Shown here: piece by piece, positions 40,921-55,115 of the stretch | Layout of the letters: the number at the start of each line of letters is the position of its first letter | How positions within the stretch are numbered: the first letter of the stretch is position 1 | From: Octopus vulgaris | Lineage: Eukaryota | Length of the DNA: 64,000 nt | Assembly: GCA_951406725.2 (NCBI GenBank) | Contig: OX597823.1 | Coordinates: forward strand, 43,524,001-43,588,000 | Direction of reading: 5' to 3' | The notes under the pieces: generated by a model | Database searches by the model: none | Seen by the model: only the letters and a program-made list of their open reading frames with translations | What the model was told of the DNA's origin: nothing | Made by a program: the position numbers and the translations under genes

Positions 40921-41583
40921 ATTCGAAGGGTAAAAATATTGAGGAGTATCTAGACATCATGATTGAGACGGCTGAAGTGTTGTTGCTAACGCCAAGTAAT
41001 AAAGGTTCTTTGGGTGGATGGTGATGCTGCCCTTCCTGCACATGCATGAAAATGTTTGCACCGGTAGATCTCGGTTGTTGCGCCTAGAATGTAGTGCGCA
41101 CAAGATGACCGAACGCATCGAGCAGAGATCATAAACCCATATTTCATAACCACTGATGCTGGTCTTCATGAAGTCTGGGTCGTGGTTTGCCCAATCCAGC
41201 ATGTCCTGAGGGATTTCTGTGGGGAAGTTGCTTCTGCTGCTCTGCCAGCACCTAGGGACGAATTTCTTTGACACTCTTCGCATGCACAACTCCACTAAAA
41301 TGGAATGCACTGATTCTGTGCTTATTGCCACTTCGTGAGCAATTTCCTGGATTGTTATTGTTACACATTCGCCGAACCTTCTCAATCGGTTCCTTGTTTC
41401 AGTTTGTGGATGATCTCTCTGGGCGTGCTTCACTTTCCACTAAGGCGCAGCCAGGTTTGAAGCGGCTGTACCGTTTCTTTATCTGAATTTTGCCAATGAC
41501 ATCATTGCCAAGAGCCATCTGAACCTTCAAGATGGTTTGATATATAACCAAGGTTTTGACAAAACTTGACAAAAATTCTCTGC
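40921..41583. mobile_element. Partial mariner with an internal inversion
   Basis: + strand start MTERIEQR at 41105-41128; continuation QRIFVKFCQNLG..ITIQEIAHEVAIS..MRRVSKKFVPR..SGYEIWVYD on the - strand 41583->41129. Confidence 0.8.
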
Positions 41584-41754
41584 ACATTATTTACATTATT
41601 TACATTTGAGGGATTTTTGTTCTCATCGCTGTTGTTAACACAACGTTTCGGCTGATATACCCTCATCAGATGTCTTGGAGAAATTTCGAACCTGGGTCTT
41701 CATTCCTAAGGTATTTTTCGATGTTGTTGTTGCTATTGTTATTATTACTATTAC

Positions 41755-41821
<67 letters not shown>

Positions 41822-41993
41822 CTTAGGAATACCTTAGGAATACCTTAGGAATGAGAACCCAGATTCGAAATTTCCCCAAGAAACCTGATAAAGGCTGGAG
41901 GGTATATCAGCCGAAACGTTGTGTTAACAACAAACAAGATGCGGACAAACATCCGTCAAATATAAATAATACAAATAGTGTGAATAATGTACA
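41581..41993. mobile_element. Inverted pair of Penelope-like terminal repeats around an (ATT)n spacer, each with a hammerhead-like core
   Basis: 41581-41715 is the imperfect reverse complement of 41838-41993; left arm (-) GACAU-CUGAUGA-GG..CC-GAAA-CG-UU-GUGUU; right arm (+) CUGAUAA-aGGCUG..CAGCC-GAAA-CGUU. Confidence 0.75.
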
Positions 41994-42534
41994 TAATTTC
42001 TCATCTCTTAAATATAGAACTGCATTAAATAATCTCTGCTCGGTGCGTTCGGTGAACACGAGAATCTGACGAAGGTGCCCTACAACTCTGTACTCTGAGG
42101 GTAACGGCTGAAAACTGTCGTGACTTATCGGCACGACAATTCTCACGCATGGTCAGGAAGGGTTGTGTCACCTTCAACCCAAAACATTTTGCCCACGCGG
42201 CATTAGTTTTGGTGGAAAGAAATAAAGTCGGATCCTATTTAAACACACCTCATATATTCAGAAGTATACATACATACATACATACATACATACATACATA
42301 CATACATACATACATACATACATGTCCTTAGATGACGTATGAGCACTCTGTAATTTCTTGCGGAACAACTGCACAGATGATTTGTTTTATAGTGATCAAA
42401 TGTTTCTATACACATCGGCTCACTCTTTCCATCAAATCGACACTGCTTGCACAGTTGCACGACGTATATGTGTGTGTATTGAGGGCCTCGTTCTGCCTTG
42501 TGAGAGTGGAATTCAGTCGTCCTCCCAATCATAT

Positions 42535-42906
42535 TCTTTTACTTGATTTCAGTCATTTGACTGCGGCCATGCTGGAGCATCGCCTTTAGTCGAACAAATC
42601 GGCTCCAGGACTTATTCTATCGGTCTCTTTGCCGAAGCGCTAAGTTACGGACACGTAAACACACCATAATCGGTCGTCAAACGATGGCAGTGGGGAGGGG
42701 GGGACAAACACAGTCACACAAATGTAAATATATATATATACATACGACGGGCTTCTTTCAGTTTCCGTCTACCAAATCCGCTCACAAGGCTCTGATCGGC
42801 CCGAGGCTGTAGTAGAAAATACTTGCCCAAGGTGCCACGCATTGGGACTGAAACCGGAACCATGTAGCTGGTAAGCAAGCTTCTTATCACACACCCATTC
42901 CTGTGC
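42535..42906 (-). mobile_element. SINE family B copy
   Basis: High similarity to 33175-33592. Confidence 0.9.
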
Positions 42907-43793
42907 TTATTGTAAGTTTTTACGAAAAAGATACAGCGGATAATTTATCTGTCAATTGTAGCTGAATTGTAGAGTGTCTACAGCTTACCTTTATATAAAC
43001 TGAAATTTAAAAGTAGATAAGTAAATAGTATATATGAAGTAAGTGGAGCATTTCATGGAATACTAACATATAAACCAGGTGTCCAGTATTACAGAACAGG
43101 AATGTGGTGGCCGGGGTTCTATCACATACAAACCCTCCGATATTAAAATATGTATACAAAAACATAAACTTGAGGAAGTTGCAGGAGTAGTTTAAAGTGT
43201 AGGTATTCAGGAAGATAGGTTTTAACTCTGAAAAATAGGTCGTAGCCAATACGTCAGAAGTAAATTCTAAAGAAGAGACTGAAATGATAAATAATAGAAA
43301 TCAAGAAGATCTGAGTCAGCTTTTATCAACTTTTTATGAAGAATATTAACAGATATTGTAAAGCATTATACACCTGTGTATAGAATGTGATATTACAAGT
43401 GAAGGCATAAGTAATTAATATATACATGCAATAGATCACATAATATGTTTAAACTAGAATGTTTAAAACAACGAAAACAAAAACCATTCCCATATGAAAT
43501 ACATGAAATAACATCAAAAATATAATATCTCTGGATGACAGTCAGTCAATATAATGTTAGTTTAAAAGTGTTTAGAGTGGGAAACTGAAATACCAAAGTG
43601 TTGCAGACAGAGTAAAGTTATTTTATAAATACACTTCTCAAAAATACTATCGAAAGAAGTCTGCCCATATTTGACAAAAATAGACTAAAGAAAATACTGT
43701 ATTGGAAAATTCTACGATTCTAATCCAATTTTTATGGTTTACAAAAATCCATCGATTTGCTGTCACTCTTGAAAGGATATGGTAAATGTTTAA

Positions 43794-44007
43794 CACTTTA
43801 GAATTTAAACCGGCAATATTGAGTACTAAATTTCTACCTATTTTATGCTCAAATCGATCAGATTTGAGCTCTCACACCTGCTCTATGCCATTCTAAAATT
43901 CTAAGCAATCACATCAACGAAATCTTGAAGCTACGATATGATTCAGGATTAATTCAAAACAATGTGAGCAAATAAAGATGTGACAGAGTAGTGTGAATGT
44001 TAAAGGT
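43794..44007. mobile_element. Decayed piggyBac-type MITE (probable)
   Basis: ttaa-cactttagaattta ... tgaatgttaaaggt-ttga: degenerate TIRs and TTAA-like flanks. Confidence 0.5.
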
Positions 44008-47000
44008 TTGACAAACGTACCTTCGTTGATGAGAAAAGGAAAAACTAATTATGTATGTACAGAGAGTTAAAATGATAAATGAAAATAAAGTGAAGTCTAT
44101 AACTGAAGTAAATTACTGAAAAGTAACATGATATACGTTTTCATGTAAATTACAACATACCTCTAGGAAATGCTGAGATGGAGATCAGCAGATTCTCTGC
44201 TGAATATTAACGAAATTATATTTAGAATATCAGATCTAGGAATAAGAGCCAAGAATTTGTGTGAATCACTTCTGGGAAATTTTGACAGGATACCCTATTT
44301 CATGATTTGAGTTTCTTAAGAAATATTTTAATATGCACTAATTGTGGCTAGCCAGCAGTCAAATTTTCAAGGTAAAACTGAAATTAGATGAGATATTTTC
44401 TTGTTACTCCATCTCATTTTAATTCCGTTTTTAGCTTGATTTCCCGGTCTTAAACATTATATTTAGCATAAAATAAAATATTGCCTGGCAATAAAATAAA
44501 ATAAAATAAAATAAAACATTGCCTCAATTTTTTAATGCACATACTTTATTTCAAGATGTGTAAAATATCTTAACAGAAATGTCAGCTGCAATTTGGTTGT
44601 CAAATTGATAAATGTGACACGATTGTAATAAGGCAGGAAGATTTTTTTTTTTAAATAAGAGAGAAAAATTCTTGCAAATAAGCATAATACTACTTTGTTG
44701 GATGAGGGATGAGGGCTGCAAATATTTGGATGTGTTGTAGAATAATGAAGTGGAACTGAAAGACATGAATAACAAAGCTGTTGTAAAACAGGTGAGAATT
44801 CAGTGAGATGTTTAACCAAGGAATACGGTCTACACGGTCAACACAGATAGTAATGTATTTATCGAGATAATCTACAGCCTTGCTTCAGTGGATGGAAACT
44901 GAGTGTGATGAAATGGATAAGAAGTATCAGAAAGTTATTAACAATGTACCAGAGGCTAAGGAGTTGTATTGTAATATATTATTTACAATTAAAGAATGAG
45001 TAATGTTCAAGGTAGCATACACGGTACTCTCTAGAATTTGCAGTGTAACATATTCAGTCTCGAGGAGAGCGCCGCGAGTTTAGAAATATGTACGAGAAAA
45101 GGAAATTTGAATTGAATAAGAAAGAAGAGAAAACATGAAACTAAAAACATAGCAGGAACAGTCTTTTTGTTTTTGATCTTGTTTTTGCTTTTTTGGAGAG
45201 ATCAAAAGACCAACAAAATGTTAACAAAAAATGAAAGCGCATTTTAGAAACTAAACAAAGTAAGTACATTCTAAAGGGATACAAACAAAAAAACAAAGCT
45301 AACATACGAACTATCAAGGAACGCAATACTAGTTTTATAAAATAAAAATCGATGGTTAGTTGTCGTAAGTAATAACAATAAAAGATTCGTACACCTAAAG
45401 CTTTCATTCAGTGCACATTGTTAAAATACCCTGCTTAATTAAGGAAGAGAATTTACCGTTATGTGATTTATCGATTATTGAAAGAATATAGAATCACACC
45501 AACTTGCCGTCTTTTATGATGACAAGGCTGTGAGAAGATTGTAAAATCATAAGAAGTTAAGAGAAACAGTATTTAAACTTCAATTTTAAATTGAAGTTTA
45601 CGCTTAAATAATTTAACCTGTTAATAATAAAGTCACCATTTATATCATGCGTGTTGTTTGATCGTTCACTTTGAACAGCGAAGCCCGATAAATATGGCAG
45701 GATTTTGTGAAATAATCTCACCGTCCCTTTCACTCAAAGAATTTCCCTCTTGAGATACAGTATTGTCATGGATCGAGCAATCAGAGCTTGGAGTGTTAAC
45801 GAGATCGGGGAATGAGTCAATAACTAATAAATCTGATTAACTATTTCGTTTTGAAATGTCGGACATTGCTTCAAATTCAGATAGTGTTTACATCATTACT
45901 TTTCCGAACGTGGGAAAATTCATATTCCAGCTGTTATAATTGATACTTGATACTAAATTAGCATTTTTGTTTGTTGCTACGTTTTATTATGATTTTTATT
46001 CGTCCAGTTGGGAACAACTTTGTATTCCATCCTTTCGTGGGTTGATAACATAAAATATCAGACAATTCCTGAGGTCGAGGGTATCGACTAAACCTCCTCC
46101 CGTCAAAAATGCTATCCTTCCACCTCAGTCAGAAACGATTATTTTCTTTTATAAGGATATTGCCCGGAGAACCAATGACAAAGGTAAAGAGACGCTAACC
46201 AGAGAACAACGGCGTCCGATAAAATTAACGATTCTGGATGGTCTTAATGATAAAAGTTACAAAGGTTGTGGATGAAAGCAACAAAAAGAATATTTTCAAC
46301 GTTGTTCTCAAAACTTCTGTGACATTACATTTAGTGATTTTAACTTCCATATCATTCGATTATTCTCTCTCAGTGTCCATTTTCTCCCGGACTGTAAGGG
46401 GAATTTTCCTTTCTGCATAATTCTTAGCAGTTTAACAACATCTCATACCATGAATTGAGCTCTTTTATCATTATGGATAGCGCCGGATTGAGAAAACATA
46501 TTTCAAATATAAACGTAATACCTCTGAAAAGTCTATGATTTGAGGTGTAATAACAGCTTAAGGAAAAAACAAACGAATAACTTCAGTATTAAAAACAAAT
46601 ATCGCTATATGATATTCTGACCGTTGAGGTCCCACAAAATCCAAAGAAATGAGTTCCGCAAACTTATTAATCGTAATCAGATTTTGACTGGCAGGATTTT
46701 AAAATTCACGTTTTAGTATGGAGAATTTAAGGAGGTCACACAAGCTTCATCATAAGAAAAGTGGAAGAATGTTTTGCTTGTTTGTTTTTACATAAAGAAA
46801 GCATTTTTTACACCTTATTAAAACAATTTGGTGTGAATAAACCAAGAATACATAGAAGAAAGTTCTAATTTGATCCAGTAGATCAGTGCATTATAGACGA
46901 GATCCTTCCTCATACATAGTCTTTTACATGTCGGTAAGAAAGTTTGATTATACAATGTAATATTTTACTATTCTTTATTTCACATGTACGAGGTTTATCA

Positions 47001-47499
47001 AACGTAATTCACGCATCTTATTAAACGGTAATGAGTGTAAAGTGTCACCAAAGAACATAGTGATGTCAATTAAGGAAGCATCCAGCGATTGAAACAGAGT
47101 CTTTCTCGATATAAAAGACACAATTCACTTTCTGAGAGAATACAAGAAAACAAAACCTAACCTACTTATTATAATGTTGCAGTTAGAGAAATGTTTGATT
47201 CATTAGTTCACCATTGCTACTGCAATGAAGTTCTTAATAGCATAGAATCAAGCATTTTTGGTATCGATTATAATTATTTTTTCTTTTTAGCAAAAACAGT
47301 AATATCATTTTGAGGAATGGAAAAGTTGACAATTTTAGTAAAGGTCTTATTTTATCAGAAAAAGAAATATATCGCCAACAAGCAATAATAAACGATGTAC
47401 ACAAGAACATTCTAAACAGAAGATGTATAAGTAAACACAAATATATGCAAGAAATGTAGTGAGGAATATATAACACAGGCTAAAATTATTCAATTCCGT

Positions 47500-47810
47500 A
47501 AGTCAACCCTCAGCTGGAAAGCTCCTGGATCAACAATTTTATAAATGCATATGAGATATTTATAATCACTCCAACGCTGTTATCAGAAAACCAGACAATG
47601 CTAGATTGGCTGACAAAGACAGAAATGCGATAGCGAAATATGAGGACATAAATCTTTCTCTGAATTACGAACCTATCGCCTGTCTATCAACTATAAATAA
47701 AATCTCCACATCAACAATCTCGTGCAGGATAAATGCACATCAAGTAAAGAATTATATCTTAACAGATGAAGAAATAAGATTTGGTGGAAGTCAGTTAAGA
47801 AGACTGTAAG
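47500..47810 (+). mobile_element. Old R4/Dong-like RT fragment
   Basis: SWKAPGS..LDWLTK..NYEPIACLSTINKISTSTISCRINAH..ILTDEE resembles WKAPGPD..WLT..NYRPITCL..YK..EQKG. Confidence 0.65.
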
Positions 47811-48030
47811 AACGAACGTCCGATAAGTATAGCAGTAGCTAGAGAAAGCAGAATTGAAGTTAAGTATTTAAACATTACGTGATTATAAATAAAGGCGCAA
47901 ATACAAATTAATACACAGAGACAACACATGCTGTAATGTATAAACAAAACCCTATAAGCTTAGCACTGTATACTTGGAGCACACAGAGGAAGAGAGAATT
48001 AAGTCTATTGATGCAACATATACGTATAAT

Positions 48031-48062
<32 letters not shown>

Positions 48063-48154
48063 AACGACGACGACGATGATGATGATGATGATGATGATGG
48101 TGATGGTGGTGGTGATGATGATGATGATGATGATCTCAAGTGCTGAGTGTACAG

Positions 48155-48652
48155 TAGGACTAAATAATGAAGGCAGGAGAATGATCGTAGACATTATTAT
48201 AATCATTGAGGAAAACCTGCATATGGAAATAAATGGATTCAGGAAAGTAAATAGAAATATGCACAGAAAGAAATCATGATAGATAATATAACCGGAACGA
48301 ATAGATTGATTTAAGCCTGCATCATCTATACAGGAAATAAAGTAGGCCTCGAACCAAACCGTAAATGTTGGAATGAAGAAAAAGAACCATGGTGGAAAAA
48401 AATATAACAATCAATGAATGAACAACAAAAATATATCAACATCATGGAAAGAAAAAAAAAAGTGAAATCAAAAGGAAGGAACTAGAACATAGATATAGGA
48501 TAAAGAAAACGGGGCTAAATGTAGTTCTTGAAGAGCTGAAACAAAAATTGCAGGCTAAAAGCACAGAGATCACGAGAAGAATTGAACAATATAAAATCAA
48601 CAGATTGTTCCAACAAGACCAGAAAAGGGTTTATCAACAGCTGAATGGAAAT
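48155..48652 (+). mobile_element. R4/Dong-like N-terminal (pre-RT) fragment
   Basis: KKEPWWKK..EELKQKLQAK..RRIEQYKINRLFQQDQKRVYQQLNG. Confidence 0.75.
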
Positions 48653-48920
48653 ATTAACTGAACATTTGTGTGCGGCTCATTCACTCTTCTCCATTCACTT
48701 TCTGCAACTTTGCGTAGGTCTCTGAGCAGGTATCGCTATGACAACTTTTCCTATCATAGTCAATGCGACGATCACACGGTACACACCTTCCTCCCAAGCA
48801 ATACTGTGAACAACAGAAGTGAGTTACAACGTTAAAACTAGTGCACTTGCGTGCTTTAGCTTCGTTACTATAGCAACAGTACGGATACTTATTGATCATA
48901 CCACGTATGCACTATGAGTA

Positions 48921-49340
48921 GAGGGTCGTCATTCCAGTAGTAGGGGCACTCGGAGCACTAGCAACAAAGTTCGAGAAATATGTCAAAGAAATCAGAATTG
49001 ACATGACAGCCCCCAAAAACTGCTCATAGCCATGTGCTGAGAGGACTTCTTTGGGGCGTGAATAATGCACATGTGGAAGAATAGGTGTTTCGTTCAACAT
49101 CCTTAAACAACCCTTATTCAGGGTCCTTTTGAGCGGGATGGGCTACTCGACCTCAAGAAAATTCTAACTGGGCCCCACCTGTAAGGTCCTGCACTGTTTA
49201 TCTTGCTAAGTGATCACCATGTCACTCACATATGCTTGTGATACATGTGCCCTTATAAGGCGGATAGTCATGATGCGTATACTGAGCTTCGTATATTTTA
49301 ACCCAGTGTCCCTTTGATGGCATGCACTGCTCTCTCACTC
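48921..49340 (+). mobile_element. RLE C-terminal fragment fused to the family-beta 3' region, ending in (AAT)n
   Basis: VIPVVGALGALATKFEKYVKEIRIDM, then 49025-49340 matching 3977-4301. Confidence 0.8.
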
Positions 49341-49401
<61 letters not shown>

Positions 49402-49415
49402 TCATTATCCTTCTC

Positions 49416-49492
<77 letters not shown>

Positions 49493-49494
<2 letters not shown>

Positions 49495-49572
49495 GTTTGA
49501 CTTTTGCTTTATATTTGTACAAGTTGACTCCAAGTCTCACCCAGAGACCTCAAGAGACAACAGGTTGGAAGT

Positions 49573-49574
<2 letters not shown>
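49493..49574 (-). mobile_element. ~80-bp retroelement 3' tip embedded in (TAA)n
   Basis: Unique sequence tgtctcttgaggtctctgggtgagacttgg..aaagtcaaacat flanked on both sides by (TAA)n on the minus strand. Confidence 0.55.
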
Positions 49575-49651
<77 letters not shown>

Positions 49652-49658
49652 CATTATT

Positions 49659-50104
49659 TGGCACAACACGAATACAAAAAACGTCATGACAATGTGGCAA
49701 GAAAGGTCTATTAGGAGCTCTGTGGAAATCACGGTCTACAAAGAACAAATACGTGGTATGAGCAAACTCCAGAAGGAGTCACCGAAAATGAGAATTGCAA
49801 AATCCTGTAGAATGCAACGATGCAGTGCGATCACCTGACCAGACATCGGAAACCGGACATTTCCTGGTGAATAAAAAAAAAGAAATGATAATCGACATTG
49901 CATGCCCCAGTGACAACAGGATCTATGTGAATGGGGAATTAAAAAATAAACAACTATGATGGTGTGAAGTGGGAAATACGAAGGTTTTGGTCAATGAAGA
50001 GAGTAGATATGATACCAATAGTAATATGGGCATTTGGAAGTATCAGCACTCAACTACCAACATAGCTGAAAAAGCTCAGTACAAGTATTAAGGTAGAACA
50101 CCAT
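49659..50104 (+). mobile_element. R4/Dong-like post-CCHC/RLE fragment
   Basis: LAQHEYKKRHDNVARKVY..WYEQTPEGVTENENCKIL..RHRKPDI..IIDIACPSD..MIPIVIWAFG. Confidence 0.85.
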
Positions 50105-52333
50105 CATAGCTAGCAAAGTAAGCTGTGAGTTTTCATATAATAATAATGATGAGAATGATGATATTGATGATCATGATGATGATGATCATCAAGTTAAATG
50201 TTATATATCTTATTACCGAAAAACGAAGTAGCTAAAATTAAGCAGCTATTATTTAAACGGATAGTGGCGGATGAGTGAAAGAGTGGTTCTGAATAAATCA
50301 AGAGAAATGATAAATTTTGTCTCCTAGGACTTAACCTCTCCAAGGACTTTTGCATGTCTCACTAGGTTGTCTACCTTCATTAATTAGGAAACGGCTCAAT
50401 AGTTCTTTGCCGCTTTCAGACAAAATAACTCTTAAAATCAATCGGTAAATGGTAAATAGAAGAGCAAGAAATAAGAAAACTAACATAAAAAAACACACTT
50501 TGATAACCAAGAAATATTTGATTAATATCCTACAATCCGTAATTTAGTTTCTGATTAAGCCTAAACTACGACTCGTCTGGACGAAAAATGAAGTGAGGCT
50601 TTGGCGTTGGATATGAGTTTGAGGTAGATTATGTCAGTTTATGTTCGAATTATTAAAGATTTATTTACTTGACACCAGCTGAGATATTCTTCTATTGATA
50701 TTATCAATGCTTGTTTTAAACTACGTGCAAGTTCTTAATAAGTAAATATGAACGTTTCGTTATGCTTACTACAAGTTTCATGTTTGTCTATATTCTAAAC
50801 GAGAGTAACATGTCTTTGATCTGGCATAAAGTTTACAGATTCATTAAGATTTTTTCAATATTGAGTTCTTTATGAGTTGTCTCCTTGGATTACAAAATTA
50901 GTATCATGTTCTTTCAAACTCCAAACCTAGACCGATAGATTCCTCCTAATCCCCTTTTTGTCTTCATTTTCGAAAAAATATGGAAAGAGTATTAAATTGG
51001 TTAATACTTAACTGTTTACCAGGAATAATTTCTCTCTCTTACTCTCTCTATCTCTCTCTCTCTCGATCTATCTATCTACCTATTTATCTATCTATTAATC
51101 TACCATCTATATTCCTCTCTCTTTTCCTCTTCAAACCCACCTGACCTCACAATACATTCTGACATTTAAAAATGTTTATCTCTCAATATAGCCAAATAGA
51201 TCAAATGTTAACATTGTGACGGAAGGAATTACATTGCTTTTCGTTTTCGTTTCAGTTGTACCGTATAAGCAGACGTTTTGGGCATTTCACATTCTATAAC
51301 AATTCATGTTTTCAACACTTTACTTTCCATATTCATTTTATTTAGCGGTCCTTCTTCCTTTCCCCCCTTTTTTTAATCACAATATTTCTGCATTTTCTCA
51401 CCCCATTTAAACTGCAAGAAAATAACTCACATTAACACTACTTACATGTAATGGCTTATATCCATCATGACTTTATTAAACCACAGTGCAATGACGAAAT
51501 ATCCATATATATCAAGGATTTTATAGGAACTAGATGAGTTCAATGTCCGATCGTTTCTTTACATACACTCGGTATAAAAATTTTAAGTTGCGATGTATTA
51601 TCAATATCGCATTATATTATTAGATATAATTTATTCTCATATATGTATTGAGTGCTTTACTCTTCCTTCTCATAAATTCTTGTAACCAGTAAATATGTGT
51701 GTATGCATGTATATGTGTATGTATATAGGTAAATATTTATGTATGTAGGAAAAGTTATCGATAATAATACACGCACGTTCACACAAATATATATACACAG
51801 GTAGATATGGTCGTGTACGTGTGTGTATGGCGAAAAAAATCGAATTTGAATAGAAATAGCTGAGGGTCACATGATAGTTGAACTCAGCAACAGTAACAGC
51901 AACATTACAGTAACAAGAACAACAACAACTTCGAATGTTGAATGCATAAGAATAATCTTAAAGATACGCCAAAAGATCAAAGATCTTGAAGAATACATCC
52001 ATGTTTATGTACGTGTATATATATATAATTACATATATATGTACATTTATATGTGTGTGTGAGTGTGTGCGTGCAACCATGTGTATTTATGTGTATTTCT
52101 GTGTGTGCTTGCTTGAATGTATGTATATCTATCTATTTATCTGTCTATATATCTGTCAATTTATCTATCCATCTATATAAGTGTGTGTGTGTGTCTGTGT
52201 GTGTGTATGTATGTATGTGTGTATGTATGTATGTGTATATGTATGCCTGTGTGTATTTATATGTGCATATATATATACATTTATTTATGTATACATACAT
52301 ATATATACATATATATGTGAATATATATCTATA

Positions 52334-52377
<44 letters not shown>

Positions 52378-52864
52378 CATATATATACAAACACACATAC
52401 ATACATACATACATACATACATACATACATACATGCATACATTTGTATGTTTGTATGTGATTGTTACAGTAACATACTGAAGTCTGTCTATGTTTTCATG
52501 TCGAATATATGATGTCTGATGAAATGCTGTAAAAATCTATGATTTCATCACCACCACTAACTCCCCCACGACACACACACACACAAACTCGTGTCTCACT
52601 CCACTACTAACTCTCACGTCGTCTGTCTTAAGTGCAAAACTGCGAATAGATACAAGAACATCCACGTCTACAGACTGGGGTGGGTTTTGTAGTAATGGCA
52701 CCAGTCAGAAAATACATTGCCGATCGATTGAATGGACGACTACACACCACCCAGACAAGCCGTGTGTGTGGCTACCAGACTGAGAGACATACATTCAAAC
52801 ATGGTTACCACAAAGTGTCTCTCCAATTTACCGATAATTTCAATATGAGCGTCTACATGAATTT

Positions 52865-52913
<49 letters not shown>

Positions 52914-52957
52914 TACACATATATATATGCATATATATGTAAATATACATACACACA

Positions 52958-53024
<67 letters not shown>

Positions 53025-53173
53025 GCACACAAAGATATCTTGCATTTAGCTTTCACTCCTCTCTAACTTACTTCCTGCTCTATGTGCCTATATATATGTA
53101 TATATATATATATATATATATACTTTTTTTTTTTCTCTCTCTCACTCTCTCTCTCTCTCAGTGCGCATGTGTA

Positions 53174-53208
<35 letters not shown>

Positions 53209-53281
53209 ATCTTCATGCACATAAGGCAAGAGAGAAATAGACTGATATATATATATATGTGTGTATGTATGTACATGTATG

Positions 53282-53313
<32 letters not shown>

Positions 53314-55058
53314 TGTATGTATGTACATTGGCGTTCAGAATAATAATAATTTTATGTGTGTCTATTTGTGGAACATACATTTTCCCAATATAATATATAT
53401 TGGATATTATATACAATGTTCCAATATGTTCAATAATAACAAATGGAAAACACAATCTTCAGCAATTTAAAAAAAGATGTTTCTTACACTTCCTTAATCG
53501 ATATTGCTAAGTTTTAGATTGTACTTCAAATCTTCAGGTTCGATTTCTTGCAATGATTTTACTCCCCCTAGAATTACCGGTTATATTTTTTGCACATTTT
53601 TTATGTCGTTGACTTCCGTATTATCTGTATATATATATATATATTAAGTGTATGTGTAATTATTCATCGTAACCTAGATGTATAAGATGCTACTCTTTAG
53701 CTTTTCTGAAAACTTCAGCAAGCTCTGCTTCTTCGTTCTTCACAAGATGTACTCAAAGCGCACCAATAGTCTTAGCAATAGGATCAATATATTTATACTA
53801 CATCTACCTCTACGTGATTGGCTGTCAGGAATCATGTTATCAGGTTATTAGTCGTGTTTCCTTATGCTACTTTCTAAACAAGATGACATAAGCAAGCTAA
53901 TCAGTAATATTTCGTAATATTTTAAAGAATAATGATAGTCTGTCTACAAGAAACAAATTAGAATTAAATATAAACTCTATTTTATTCTTAATGTTTAATC
54001 TTGTAAACTTTCTAGACGCCATGTCTCAGCACAGTTAGCATCTATAGTTTCCATGGTTTTCACCTATCGTCTAGCCACTATCTGCAAATCATTATGCTTC
54101 TAGTTGGCATATATGAACTGTGACTACTCATTCAGCATCTAAATTCTAAGTATATCACATCAACCTCTGCCTACTTCGTATCTATATTATCGAAATTATC
54201 CGCCTTCTCTGTCTAGTCATTGACTTTGTTGACGACGAGAAAGACAAACTGTGTCTATATATACATATTTTAATGTGCATATATAGACACATTAGATAAT
54301 ATATCTACAGATGTTTCTAATCGTACAACAGTTTCGTCGCCACATGTTCACAGTGTTAATTTTTACACACAACAAGCCCAACATCGTTAATAACTCTATA
54401 TATCAATGTGCAGCACATATGTACACAATTTAATTTTACAGCGGTCGTCTTTACCTGCCTACCAGCACTTGCTAATGAGCTTCATCATTTGTTCTCATAC
54501 TTATCTTACTTCAGTATTTATGTCCCCGCCCGTCTATGCAATCCCCCAATTTCCTAAAACCTGTTCATCATATATTGATAATGGAAAACCGACAAACTAA
54601 ACGGAGAAAGAGTTCAGCCAAATCTTTCAGTTAATACTCTATAATGATCTGGCATCTTCATTAAAGATTGCTATTCTGACGTTTTATTTTTCGCCTAGAT
54701 CCGCTGTTCATCCGATCAGACGGCAATTAGAGTCGAAATGTTGTATCTCTGTGTCTATGTCTTTGCCAGTTGTCAAAATATTCTTAATTCATTCTTTATT
54801 TTGTTTGTGTTTATAACTACACGTATTATGCATGTGTTTATATAAAATGACATGCAGACATATATATATACATGCATACAAACATATATATATATATATA
54901 TATATATATACATGCGTATATATTCATAGTTACATAGTTACATATATAAATATATATATATATATAAATATATATATATTCGTGTGCGTGTATGTACGTA
55001 GATAAATAAATAGATAGATAGATAGATATATAGATACATAGATAGATAGATAGATAAC

Positions 55059-55115
<57 letters not shown>

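Noticed and set aside
45574-45600. 27-bp AT-rich palindrome taaacttcaattt-t-aaattgaagttta
   Set aside because: Short, AT-rich and isolated, with no context suggesting function
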